Below the pieces are notes generated by a model that saw nothing but the letters and a program-made list of their open reading frames with translations, searched no databases and had not been told where the DNA came from. A DNA stretch of 64,000 bases, taken from NCBI GenBank assembly GCA_017458335.1, contig JAFTFT010000008.1, positions 385 through 64,384 of the forward strand, read 5' to 3'. The position numbers and the translations under genes are program-made. Positions 1-9,167 of this stretch are shown here, piece after piece; position 1 is the stretch's first letter; each line of letters starts with the position of its first letter. This DNA comes from Oscillospiraceae bacterium (GTDB lineage: Bacteria; Bacillota; Clostridia; Oscillospirales; Oscillospiraceae).

Positions 1-63
1 ACTGCAGTTTAGTTTACATAAATATATTATGGTTGACTGATGTGTCAGAGGGACGGCACTCCT

Positions 64-377
64 AACACAGTCCTTCGCTTCGGACCTATCTGGATGTCGC
101 TGCGGCCTTTGTTCACCGGCATTACAGCGGGAATACCCCGGTGGTTCCGCCGGTTCCCTGCAACTGGGTCGCGAACCGGGTACAGGATCAGATTCCCCTT
201 TTCTGCATGGATCAGGCGCGAAGCATCACCGAGATCGGCGGTTTCCTGGGCTATTCAGAGAAGAAGACGACCCGGAAGTACCTGAATCCGCTGCTGGCCG
301 AGGGCCTGATTGCACGCACCGTCCCCGATAAGCCCAACAGCCGCAACCAGCGCTACATCACCCTCCGCACTGTGTAA
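64..377 (+). pseudogene. 3'-terminal remnant of an AlbA_2/HATPase_c_4-type (often annotated RecG-like) transcriptional regulator. Only the C-terminal winged-helix tail is present.
   Basis: The frame is open from the stop at 61-63. The tail ...ARSITEIGGFLGYSEKKTTRKYLNPLLAEGLIARTVPDKPNSRNQRYITL matches the conserved PDKPNSxxQ(K/R)Y C-terminus of that family. No N-terminal domains are present and 1-60 is AT-rich. Only internal GTG(141)/ATG(207) starts exist. Confidence 0.45.
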
Positions 378-635
378 CCGGAATGTAATCGGCCGATTAC
401 CCCAGTTATTACCCCAGTCCGTGTTCCGATCCGGCGTACACCGCAGAAACTTTTTGTTGCCCCGCGGGAACAATCATGATATCATAAGAAGGCCCTGCAT
501 GCCGGGGTTCTCTTTTGTTCTGATTCGGGGCGCGCGATGCAAAGACTGTCTCAAAACGTGAACAGAACGGCGGTCCGCGGCTGCCGGAAGTTTCCGGCCG
601 TGTCTTACGCTTTCGAATGATCATAATCAATAAGG

Positions 636-1799
636 ATGGATAAACGCATGGACGAAGTTAAGGAAAAACTCACATATATCTGTTCCAAGTTCCGCATCGA
701 AGGGGACATTCTGGTGTATCGCTGGATCCCCGCCGGCCACATCAACACGGCCTACTACGCCGCGGTCTACAACGGCAAGGAGATTTATCAGCTCCTGATC
801 CAGCGGGTCAACACCTATGTCTTCCGGGACCCCGTGGGCATGATGCATAACATTGAGCTCCTCACCGAGCACGTCCGTAGCAAGGAGCCCACCATGGAAA
901 AGCGCCGGCGGCTCCACTTCCGCCACACCGCTGCGCGGAACAACTACATCGTGCTGAAGGACGGCGTGGCCATGGGCCCGGACGAGCCCTTCGACCCCCT
1001 CGACGAGAGCATCGAGTTCTGGCGCGTGTACAACTTCATCGAGTATTCCACCAGTTTCGAAACCGCCGAGGGCAACCCCGAGGTGCTGCGCATGAGCGGC
1101 AAGGCCTTCGGCAAGTTCCTCCGCCAGCTGGAGGACTTCGAGGCCGGTCAGCTGATTGAGTCGATCCCGCACTTCCACGATACCCGCTACCGCCTGGACA
1201 ACTTCTTCTCGGTGGTGGAGAAGGACGAGCTGGGCCGGGCCGCCTCCTGCCGGGAGGAGATCGGCCTCATTGAACAGTACCGCGACTTCGGCTGCACACT
1301 CTGCCGCCAGATCGACCGGGGAGAGCTGCCTCTGCGCGTGACCCACAACGACACCAAGACCAACAACATCCTCTTTGACAAGGACAACCTGGATCCCCTG
1401 GTCATCATCGACCTGGACACCTGCATGCCGGGCCTGGCCTGCTATGACTTCGGCGACACGATCCGCTTCGCCGCCTGCACGGCGGAAGAGGATCAGCCGG
1501 ACGGCATGCAGCTGGACCTCAGGCTGATGCGGGCCTACACCGAGGGCTACATGAGCGAAGCCGGCTGCGTGCTGACGGATGCCGAGGTGAAGAGCCTCGC
1601 CACGGGCGCCGCGGTGATCACGCTGGAGCTGGCGTCCCGCTTCCTGGGGGACTATCTGGTCGGCGACAAATACTTCCGCATCGCATACCCCGAGCAGAAT
1701 CTGCAGCGCGCCCGGGCGCAGCTCACATTGTTTACGGATATGATGAAGCACATGGATGAGATGCAGGCCATCGTCCGCGACTGCGCCGGGAGAGAATAA
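636..1799 (+). CDS. APH-fold sugar kinase, N-acetylhexosamine 1-kinase (NahK)-like
   Basis: 387-aa ORF with an RBS-like AAGGATGG upstream. It carries GHINTAY near the N-terminus, the catalytic loop HNDTKTNNILFD and the metal-binding motif IDLDT, all typical of the aminoglycoside-phosphotransferase/NahK kinase fold. Confidence 0.8.
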   Translation: MDKRMDEVKEKLTYICSKFRIEGDILVYRWIPAGHINTAYYAAVYNGKEIYQLLIQRVNTYVFRDPVGMMHNIELLTEHVRSKEPTMEKRRRLHFRHTAARNNYIVLKDGVAMGPDEPFDPLDESIEFWRVYNFIEYSTSFETAEGNPEVLRMSGKAFGKFLRQLEDFEAGQLIESIPHFHDTRYRLDNFFSVVEKDELGRAASCREEIGLIEQYRDFGCTLCRQIDRGELPLRVTHNDTKTNNILFDKDNLDPLVIIDLDTCMPGLACYDFGDTIRFAACTAEEDQPDGMQLDLRLMRAYTEGYMSEAGCVLTDAEVKSLATGAAVITLELASRFLGDYLVGDKYFRIAYPEQNLQRARAQLTLFTDMMKHMDEMQAIVRDCAGRE

Positions 1800-1832
1800 A
1801 AAGAGTCTTGCAATCGGCCCGGAAAACCCATC

Positions 1833-1861
1833 ATTTTTCCCCGCCGCAGGCGGGGAAAAAT
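1833..1861. terminator. Bidirectional rho-independent terminator after the kinase gene
   Basis: ATTTTT-CCCCGCC-GCA-GGCGGGG-AAAAAT: a perfect 7-bp GC stem flanked by T- and A-runs, 34 nt after the stop at 1799. Confidence 0.6.
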
Positions 1862-1873
1862 GTAAAAAAAGTC

Positions 1874-1902
1874 TTGCAATCGATCCCGATATCTGTTATT
1901 AT
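1874..1902 (+). promoter_or_regulatory. Sigma-A-type promoter for rpsB-tsf
   Basis: TTGCAA (1874-1879), a 17-nt spacer, then TATTAT (1897-1902). An overlapping TATAAT sits at 1900-1905. The promoter lies about 190 nt upstream of the rpsB ATG. Confidence 0.5.
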
Positions 1903-2094
1903 AATTCGGCAATTCGCACGGGCGCCGACTCTCCCCATGTGGCTGTACCGACAGCTTGGTCAGAAAGTATGCAAGTCCCGTACCCCGCCTCCGGCGGGGT
2001 ATGGAACAATCCTGTTTTCAACTTGGCTGTACCAACAGCTTGGAAGAGAGAATGAAGCTCCCGGAGGATTAAAAACAAAAAAGGAGAAAACAAA

Positions 2095-2838
<744 letters not shown>

Positions 2839-3063
2839 GAATTATCGGGGGCGCACAACACGCCCCCTTTTCTGGATTATAATCCGATTGACCTGTGAGG
2901 CGACAGGGTTACAAGCATTTACCCGCTGAAGCAACAGGGTTACAAAAGCATTCTCTCCACCGAGGCAACCGTGCAAGGGGGTTATAATGGCATTCACCGC
3001 CACCGACCCTGCTTCCCCGCCTTCGGCGGGGAAACAAATGAATTCAACTAGGAGGAATATACA

Positions 3064-3996
3064 ATGGCATTCACCGCTCAGGATGTTAAGACTCTGCGTG
3101 AGATGACGAACGTCGGCATGATGGACTGCAAGAAGGCGCTTCAGGCCACCGACGGCGATATGGATAAGGCAGTCGACTGGCTGCGTGAAAAGGGCCTGGC
3201 CAAGGCCGCGAAGAAGGCCGGACGCGTTGCCGCCGAAGGCATGGCGTATGCCCATGTCTGCTCCGAGTGCGGTGTCGGCGCTGTCGTCGAGGTCAACTGC
3301 GAGACCGACTTCTGCGCGAAGAGCGAAGCTTTCGTGCAGTTTGTGAAGGACATCTGCAAGGTCGTCATGAACGACAACCCCGCCGATGTGGACGCCCTGC
3401 TTCAGTGCAAGTATCCCGGCCGTGACCTGACGGTCGCCGAGATCCTGCCCGAGAAGGTCATGTCCATCGGTGAGAACCTGCAGGTCCGCCGCTTTGCCCG
3501 CTTCGCCGACCCGTTCAACGTGGCTTATGTCCACGCCGGCGGCACCCACGGTGTTCTGGTGAACCTGGCTGTCGAGGGTGACATCGATGCCACTGAGATC
3601 GGCAAGAACGTCGCCATGCAGATCGCCGCCATGAACCCGAAGTTCTGGGACAAGTCCCTGGTTCCCCAGGAAGACATCGATCATGAGCTCGCCGTACAGG
3701 TCGCGCTGATGGACAATGACCCGAAGATGGCTGGCAAACCCGCCGCCATCAAGGAGAAGGCCGCCGCCGGTAAGCTCAACGCCTTCTTCCGCGACAACTG
3801 CCTGCTGCAGCAGGAGTTTGTCCGCTCCGACCTGTTCAAGGGCTCCGTCGAGGGCTACATCGCCGACGCGGCCAAGCAGCTCGGCGGCAAGGTCAAGTTC
3901 GTGGATGCCGTCCACTTCATCAAGGGCGAAGGCATCGAGAAGAAGCAGGAAGACTTCGCGGCCGAAGTCGCTGCCCAGATGAACATGGGCAAGTGA
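3064..3996 (+). CDS. tsf: Translation elongation factor Ts
   Basis: 310 aa with a TAGGAGGAAT RBS. It has the N-terminal UBA-like motif VKTLREMTNVGMMDCKKALQATDGDMDKAVDWLREKG and shows conserved rpsB-tsf synteny. Confidence 0.97.
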   Translation: MAFTAQDVKTLREMTNVGMMDCKKALQATDGDMDKAVDWLREKGLAKAAKKAGRVAAEGMAYAHVCSECGVGAVVEVNCETDFCAKSEAFVQFVKDICKVVMNDNPADVDALLQCKYPGRDLTVAEILPEKVMSIGENLQVRRFARFADPFNVAYVHAGGTHGVLVNLAVEGDIDATEIGKNVAMQIAAMNPKFWDKSLVPQEDIDHELAVQVALMDNDPKMAGKPAAIKEKAAAGKLNAFFRDNCLLQQEFVRSDLFKGSVEGYIADAAKQLGGKVKFVDAVHFIKGEGIEKKQEDFAAEVAAQMNMGK

Positions 3997-4243
3997 ATCC
4001 ATAGATTAAGAAACAAACAGCACCCCGCCTCCGGCGGGGTGCTGGCTATAAGTGGATGCCCAGATGAACATGGGCAAGTAATCTCCTGAACAGAACAACC
4101 GGAACCCCGCCTCCGGCGGGGTGCTGGCTATATCGGATGCCCAGACGAACATGGGCAAGTAATCTCCTGAACAGAACAACCGGAACTCCGCCTCCGGCGG
4201 GGTGCTGGCTATAAGTCGCTGCCCAGATGAACATGTGCAATCC
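3973..4243 (+). repeat. Tandem array (about 81-85 bp, 3.3 copies) reiterating the last 24 nt of tsf plus a terminator hairpin
   Basis: Units span 3973-4057, 4058-4138 and 4139-4220, with a partial unit at 4221-4243. Each begins GCCCAGA(T/C)GAACATG(G/T)GCAA. Units 1-3 contain (C/T)CCCGCCTCCGGCGGGGTGCTGGCTATA. Units 2 and 3 are nearly identical. Confidence 0.85.
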
Positions 4244-4253
4244 ATCAAACGCA

Positions 4254-4286
4254 CAATCCCCCGCCGGAGGCGGGGGATTGTTTTTT
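4254..4286. terminator. Strong rho-independent terminator closing the tsf region; it abuts the stop of the convergent LRR gene
   Basis: CAATCCCCCGCC-GGAG-GCGGGGGATTG followed by TTTTTT. The stem is 11 bp. Confidence 0.7.
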
Positions 4287-5661
4287 ACTCCCAGTCGTAG
4301 GCCGCCGCGCCGACGTTGGGCTTCAGCGTCGCCGGGTCGTATTCGAAGCGGCCGAACTCCATGCCGTCGTTGCCGCGGTAGGCATAGCAGGTCGGGAAAT
4401 TGTCGTATTCAAATTCCAGACGCAGCCTCTCGTAACGCGGTGCGGCTTCCCAGCCGCCGTTGTTGTGGATATCGCCGTAGCGCCAGGACTCCTCCGTGGG
4501 ATCCTCGGTGGTGTCGTTGACGATGCAGTTGGGATGGAGCTGCCTATATTGCGCGATCTGCTCCGGCGGGACCGGAGAGAGGCAGCCGATATACAGGCGG
4601 TCCAGATCCAGATCCATGATCGGGCGGATATCACGCAGCGCGAAGTTGTAGCAGATGTTCAGATCCTTCAGCTTCGTCAGGCCGGAGAGCGGGGAGAGGT
4701 CACAGGCGGCGGAGGTCTGATACTCCAGATAGTTCAGATTCTTGCAGCCGGCCAGGGGCGAGATGTCCTTGATGGCGGTCATGGCGATGATGAGCGCCTC
4801 AAGGTCGGGCATGTTCCGGATAAAGGAGATGTCCGTCATCAGGTAGTTGTGCCCCATGTCCAGGTATTTGATCTTGTTGCAGTAGAACAGGCCTTCGATG
4901 GATTCCGGCGTGTTCAGGTCGCCGCCGCGGTCCGGGTTGGAAATCATCAGGCGCTCCACGTTGGTCCGGGTGCTGTAGTCCGCGCCGATCCAGACGCGCC
5001 AGACGACGTCCACACCGGGAAAACGGTCACGGATGGCGGCCATGCTCTCGTTGGAGACGCCGCAGCTGTCCATGTCGAGGACCTTGAGGTTCGGCATGCA
5101 GGAAGCGATCTGTTCGGCAAGCTCCCCCTCGTCCTCAAAAATCAGATGATTCAGGTTCAGGATCTCGTCCGAGAGCTTGAAGGGATAGCCGCGGATGCTG
5201 AAGGTATAATTGATCGCGGCCTGAGGGAGCCCCTCTTCCAGCGCGCGGACCTGCTCCCAGGAGATGACGGGATTCTCCGCGTCGGCGGAACCGAGTTCCA
5301 GCGTCCTGAGAGAGGTGAGCGCGGGAAGAACCTCGATCAGGCGGTCGACGTCGTCGGCATCCGCCTGAGAAAGATCCAGAGAAGTCACGGAGGCGGAGAT
5401 CTTCTGATCACCGATCGAAAAGTTCAGGTCATAGGTCGGCGTGGGCGTGGGCGTCGGGGTCGGAACCGGCGTCGGCTCGGCCTCCTGCAGGACGGGCTCC
5501 AGGGAAGCGGAGGGGACCGGATCCGAGGATCCTTTTCCGCAGCCGGTCAGGACCAGCACGGAGAGAAGCGCGGCAAGGCAGCAGCTTCGCAAAGCGAGTG
5601 ATTTCACGGGCTTCTCAAGTATCAAGAGCTTCTCAGGTTTCATCGATTTCAAAGGTTTCAT
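4285..5661 (-). CDS. Leucine-rich-repeat (internalin-like) lipoprotein
   Basis: 458 aa. It has a signal peptide with lipobox LVLTGC, a Pro/Thr linker (PTPVPTPTPTPTPT), and repeated LxxLxLxxxxIxDISPL units. Its C-terminal domain is shared with the next gene. Confidence 0.75.
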   Translation of the reverse strand: MKPLKSMKPEKLLILEKPVKSLALRSCCLAALLSVLVLTGCGKGSSDPVPSASLEPVLQEAEPTPVPTPTPTPTPTYDLNFSIGDQKISASVTSLDLSQADADDVDRLIEVLPALTSLRTLELGSADAENPVISWEQVRALEEGLPQAAINYTFSIRGYPFKLSDEILNLNHLIFEDEGELAEQIASCMPNLKVLDMDSCGVSNESMAAIRDRFPGVDVVWRVWIGADYSTRTNVERLMISNPDRGGDLNTPESIEGLFYCNKIKYLDMGHNYLMTDISFIRNMPDLEALIIAMTAIKDISPLAGCKNLNYLEYQTSAACDLSPLSGLTKLKDLNICYNFALRDIRPIMDLDLDRLYIGCLSPVPPEQIAQYRQLHPNCIVNDTTEDPTEESWRYGDIHNNGGWEAAPRYERLRLEFEYDNFPTCYAYRGNDGMEFGRFEYDPATLKPNVGAAAYDWE

Positions 5662-5675
5662 AGGCGGTCTCCGTT

Positions 5676-7436
5676 TTAGTAAAGCGGATCATTCTGCGGA
5701 AGCGAATAGGCCGCGTCTCCGAGGTCATACTGGAACTGCTCACGGAGCAGCGCATAGCGCGGCATGTAGTCATAGTTGAAGTAACCGTACTTCATGTAGA
5801 AGTCCCACTTGGAGTTGTCCACATGCTCGTCAAAGCGCCAGGTACCCTGCGACGGGTCGCCGGCAATGACGTTGACCTTCTGGTTGTCGACGAAGTCGTC
5901 GTTCGGATCCGGCGGAAGTTCGTGCAGGAGTTCCTTCATATAGGCGATCTGCTCGGCCGGAATGCCGGGGGCCGTCATGGAGCCGATCCAGAGCCGCTCC
6001 AGCCCGGAGAGTCCGTACAGCGGCGTGATGTCCGTCACACGGGGACGGTTCAGGTCGTCGCCGTTGTTGACGTCGGACTTTGCCGTGCGGCCGATGTTGA
6101 GGTGGCGCAGGCTGGTCAGATTGGCGAGAGGCGTCAGGTCGGTGACGTTGGTGGAGTTGATCTCCAGGTATTCGAGCTTGTGGCAGTCGGCCAGGGGGGA
6201 GATGTCGCTGATGTCGTTGATGGCGAGGATCAGAACCTCAAGGTCCGGCATGCAGCGGGCAAAGGAGATATCCGTGATCGCGTTGTTGTGGCCGAGATCC
6301 AGATACTTGACCTTGGTGCAGTACTGAAGCTTCGCGGCCTCCTCATTGGTAACGGTGCCGCCGCGGGCGGTGGAAGAGGCGAGAATGCGTTCCACGTCCG
6401 TCCGGACGCTGTAGCCGGCAAACCAGATCCGCCAGATGACGTTGACGTTCGGGTTCTCGTCACGGATCACCGCCATGTTCTCGTTGGAGACGTCGGTGGT
6501 GTCCATGTCAAGCGTCTGCAGCCGGGTCATGTAGGGCAGAACCCGGCGGACTTCGGCGCCCTGGTCGTTCATGCGGATGTGACTGAAGCTCAGGTAATCG
6601 GTGGAGAGATTGGTGGTCACGCCCCAGATGGTGAAGTTATAGTCCAGCGCGGCATTGGGGGCGGCTTCGTGAATGGCCGCGATGCTGTCCCAGCCGAGAC
6701 CGTTGCCCTCGGAACCGAGATGGATCATCTGCAGGTTGTTCATGCTTCGGAGAACAGGGGCGGCTTCCCCGACCTGCCCGGCAGACATGTCCGAGAGATC
6801 CACTTCGGTATCGGAAAGGCTGACCTCACGGCCGAGCAGAGAAAGCGCGTAATGGATGGAAGCGTTCGGGCACGCGGCGGCCAGCGACGCGAGCGTATCG
6901 GCCGAGATCGCGGCGCCGCCCTGCGCCACGCCGAGTTCGACGGTCTGGAGATTCGGAAGATACCGGAGCAGCGGAGCGGTCTGCGGAATCAGAGAAGGAT
7001 CCATCGCGGAGAGGTCCAGCGAAGTCGAATCGTTCAGAATCATCTGGCCGTCCGGCAGCGTCACGGCATATCGCACATTGACATTGGGATGGGTGGTGGC
7101 CCAGGAGAGAATCTCCTCATAGCAGTTGCTTCCGGTGAAGTCGGCCGTGCGGAGCATGGGGAAGGAATCGAGAAGCGCAAGGTCGGAGGTATTCACGACC
7201 GCGGTCAGCGTGTCGATGTCCTTCTGATAGACGCCGGAAGAGAGCGCAACGGAGTTCTCGTCCTTCGGCTGCACCGCGGGAACGGAAACCGGGACCGGAG
7301 CGGCAGAATCGCCGCCGGCCGAGGCGCCGAGACCGTTGTTGAACAGCGTCATGATGCAGGAGTGGCAGCACAGCACCAGCGCCAGCAGATAAACAAGCAA
7401 CACAATACACTTGAAAACATGTAATACTTTTCTCAT
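5676..7436 (-). CDS. Leucine-rich-repeat surface protein, paralogue of the preceding gene
   Basis: The start was moved to MRKVLHVFKCIVLLVYLLALVLCC (a hydrophobic signal/anchor with a GAGAGG RBS). LRR units such as ITDISFARCMPDLEVLILAINDISDISPLADCHKLEYLEINSTNVTDLTPL are present. The architecture matches 4285-5661. Confidence 0.75.
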   Translation of the reverse strand: MRKVLHVFKCIVLLVYLLALVLCCHSCIMTLFNNGLGASAGGDSAAPVPVSVPAVQPKDENSVALSSGVYQKDIDTLTAVVNTSDLALLDSFPMLRTADFTGSNCYEEILSWATTHPNVNVRYAVTLPDGQMILNDSTSLDLSAMDPSLIPQTAPLLRYLPNLQTVELGVAQGGAAISADTLASLAAACPNASIHYALSLLGREVSLSDTEVDLSDMSAGQVGEAAPVLRSMNNLQMIHLGSEGNGLGWDSIAAIHEAAPNAALDYNFTIWGVTTNLSTDYLSFSHIRMNDQGAEVRRVLPYMTRLQTLDMDTTDVSNENMAVIRDENPNVNVIWRIWFAGYSVRTDVERILASSTARGGTVTNEEAAKLQYCTKVKYLDLGHNNAITDISFARCMPDLEVLILAINDISDISPLADCHKLEYLEINSTNVTDLTPLANLTSLRHLNIGRTAKSDVNNGDDLNRPRVTDITPLYGLSGLERLWIGSMTAPGIPAEQIAYMKELLHELPPDPNDDFVDNQKVNVIAGDPSQGTWRFDEHVDNSKWDFYMKYGYFNYDYMPRYALLREQFQYDLGDAAYSLPQNDPLY

Positions 7437-7626
7437 GATGTTCAGCCTCTCATCATAATCAGACCGTCCGGGATTGCACAGCAGCGCAGAGCCGGACGAC
7501 TTATGGACAATTATAATAAGTATAGCACCACGACCGCTCCTTTGCAAGAAAATTAGCCGCATTCCGGAGCGGAAATCTGCCGGAAGCGCAGCGGAACTGC
7601 GTTCAGCCGAATTTCAGAGAATCATC

Positions 7627-7655
7627 TTGACGATTTCAGCGTCTTCCCTTATAAT
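7627..7655 (+). promoter_or_regulatory. Sigma-A-type promoter for nrfA
   Basis: TTGACG (7627-7632), a 17-nt spacer, then TATAAT (7650-7655), 66 nt upstream of the nrfA ATG. Confidence 0.55.
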
Positions 7656-7721
7656 ATAAACAAGGTTATAACGCATGTTACGCGTGCTGCGAATGTTTTA
7701 TTCGTTCAAAAAGGAGGGACC

Positions 7722-9035
7722 ATGAAAAAGCCAAAGAACAGAATTCTGTATGACATCCTCGGTATTGTATGCGGTCTGGCCGTCGCTGCGACAGGGCTGA
7801 TCTGCGGGGAGTTCGACCGCAGGGCGGAGGCGGCAAACCGGCCGGCGGCCGGTACGGTACTCGCCGTCGCGGAAGCGGAGCATACCGGAAAGGGCGTCGC
7901 CAAACAGGTGAAGACCATGTCGGGGGTCACGGTCCTGCACGCCGCGGACTGGGAGAAGGACTATCCGGAGATCTATGCCAGCTTCATGAAGAATCAGGAA
8001 AATGACGAGATTACGGATTACCTGAAGGAATATCCGCAGCTTGTCACGCTGTATGAGCCCTACGGCTTCTCCAAGTTCTACGGCAGTGCCAGAGGCCACT
8101 TCTATGACGTGGACGACATCCTGGAGACCGGACGTCCCCATGCGATGGCCCAATGCTGGACCTGCAAGACGCCGGACTTCACCAATCTCGTGAACGAAGT
8201 CGGTCCGGAGGTCTATCAGTATTCCTTCGACGACGTGCGCGAGCTCGTGCGCGAAGGCATCAGCTGCTATTCCTGCCATGCCAACGAACCGGGCGACATC
8301 ACGGTGACCCACACCTATATGATCGACGCGCTGGGGCCGGACTTTGAAAAGGTCGCGGCGGCGAATCTGGCCTGCGGCCAGTGCCATGTGGAGTACTACT
8401 TCTACCCCGGCACGGGCGTGACCAGCCTGCCGCGCTTCGATCTGGAGAGCATGCACCCGGACGCCATCCTGAATTACTATAATCATGTTCTGGTGGATGA
8501 AAACGGCCTCGGCTTTGCCGATTACACGAATCCGCGGACCGGTGTGCGCCAGATCAAGGTGCAGCATCCTGAGTTCGAGACGTACCTCGGGAAGGGAAGC
8601 ATCCACGGCAGCACCTATACCTGCGCCGACTGCCATATGGGAATGGTCATCGGCGAGTCCGGAAAGGCGTACCCGAACCACTACCTGACCAGCCCGCTGG
8701 ATAATCAGGCGCTGATCGACGCGGAATGCTCCAAGTGCCATCAGGATCTCGCCGCCGAGGTCCGTGCCCTGCAGGAGAAGGTCGATACCCGTACGACCGA
8801 GATCTCCGACCGTCTGGTGAACCTGACCGAGACCCTGGCCGCGGCGGTGGAGAGCGGCGCATATACCGAGGAAGAGCTGGACGCGATCCGCGCCGTCGCG
8901 CGCGACGCGCAGTTTTACTGGGACTTTGTCTTCGTGGAGAACAGCGAAGGCGCCCACAACCCGAGCCTGACCAATGAGTGCCTGGACAAGGCCGAAGCCC
9001 TGACCGATGAGGCGCTGGGAATGTTCAGGACCTGA
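7722..9035 (+). CDS. nrfA: Ammonia-forming cytochrome c nitrite reductase NrfA (pentahaem), with an N-terminal membrane anchor
   Basis: 437 aa with an AAAGGAGGGA RBS. The haem motifs are CWTCK (the diagnostic CXXCK active-site haem), CYSCH, CGQCH, CADCH and CSKCH. An N-terminal hydrophobic segment ILGIVCGLAVAATGLICG is present. Confidence 0.88.
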   Translation: MKKPKNRILYDILGIVCGLAVAATGLICGEFDRRAEAANRPAAGTVLAVAEAEHTGKGVAKQVKTMSGVTVLHAADWEKDYPEIYASFMKNQENDEITDYLKEYPQLVTLYEPYGFSKFYGSARGHFYDVDDILETGRPHAMAQCWTCKTPDFTNLVNEVGPEVYQYSFDDVRELVREGISCYSCHANEPGDITVTHTYMIDALGPDFEKVAAANLACGQCHVEYYFYPGTGVTSLPRFDLESMHPDAILNYYNHVLVDENGLGFADYTNPRTGVRQIKVQHPEFETYLGKGSIHGSTYTCADCHMGMVIGESGKAYPNHYLTSPLDNQALIDAECSKCHQDLAAEVRALQEKVDTRTTEISDRLVNLTETLAAAVESGAYTEEELDAIRAVARDAQFYWDFVFVENSEGAHNPSLTNECLDKAEALTDEALGMFRT

Positions 9036-9075
9036 CGGGCAGGATGAATTCCGACCGGTACCGTTCAGAACCGGC

Positions 9076-9138
9076 TTGACAGAAAACCTCATGTGACTTA
9101 AGATGAATGTGCCCGCCGGGGACGGCGGGCACTTTTCC
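9076..9138 (+). promoter_or_regulatory. Internal promoter followed by a terminator-like hairpin in the nrfA-ccsB spacer
   Basis: TTGACA (9076-9081), a 17-nt spacer, then TAAGAT (9099-9104). This is followed by GTGCCCGCC-GGGGAC-GGCGGGCAC (9109-9132) plus TTTTCC, 30 nt before the ccsB ATG. Confidence 0.45.
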
Positions 9139-9167
9139 ACACGACGAAACAGAAGCAGGGGAGAGAG

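Noticed and set aside
627-1751. A long antisense ORF (374 aa) opposite the NahK-like kinase. It is representative of many such ORFs in the track, including 1960-2769(-), 2842-4002(-), 4465-5601(+), 5823-7424(+), 7698-9845(-), 10115-11194(-), 16508-17839(+), 18208-19998(+), 20429-21700(+), 25097-26479(-), 27201-28847(-), 31097-32992(-), 33113-34660(+), 36184-37560(+), 42895-44943(-), 46299-47192(+) and 53665-54579(+).
   Set aside because: These are shadow ORFs typical of GC-rich DNA. Their translations are Arg/Gly/Ala/Pro/His-rich with no recognisable motifs, no RBS and no sensible start context. Each is fully overlapped by an opposite-strand gene with clear family signatures.
3973-4243. Possible CRISPR array or minisatellite, suggested by regularly spaced GC palindromes
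   Set aside because: The units are contiguous, with no unique spacers. The period is about 82 bp and each unit is a copy of the tsf 3' end plus its terminator. No cas genes are nearby. It is reported as a tandem repeat instead.
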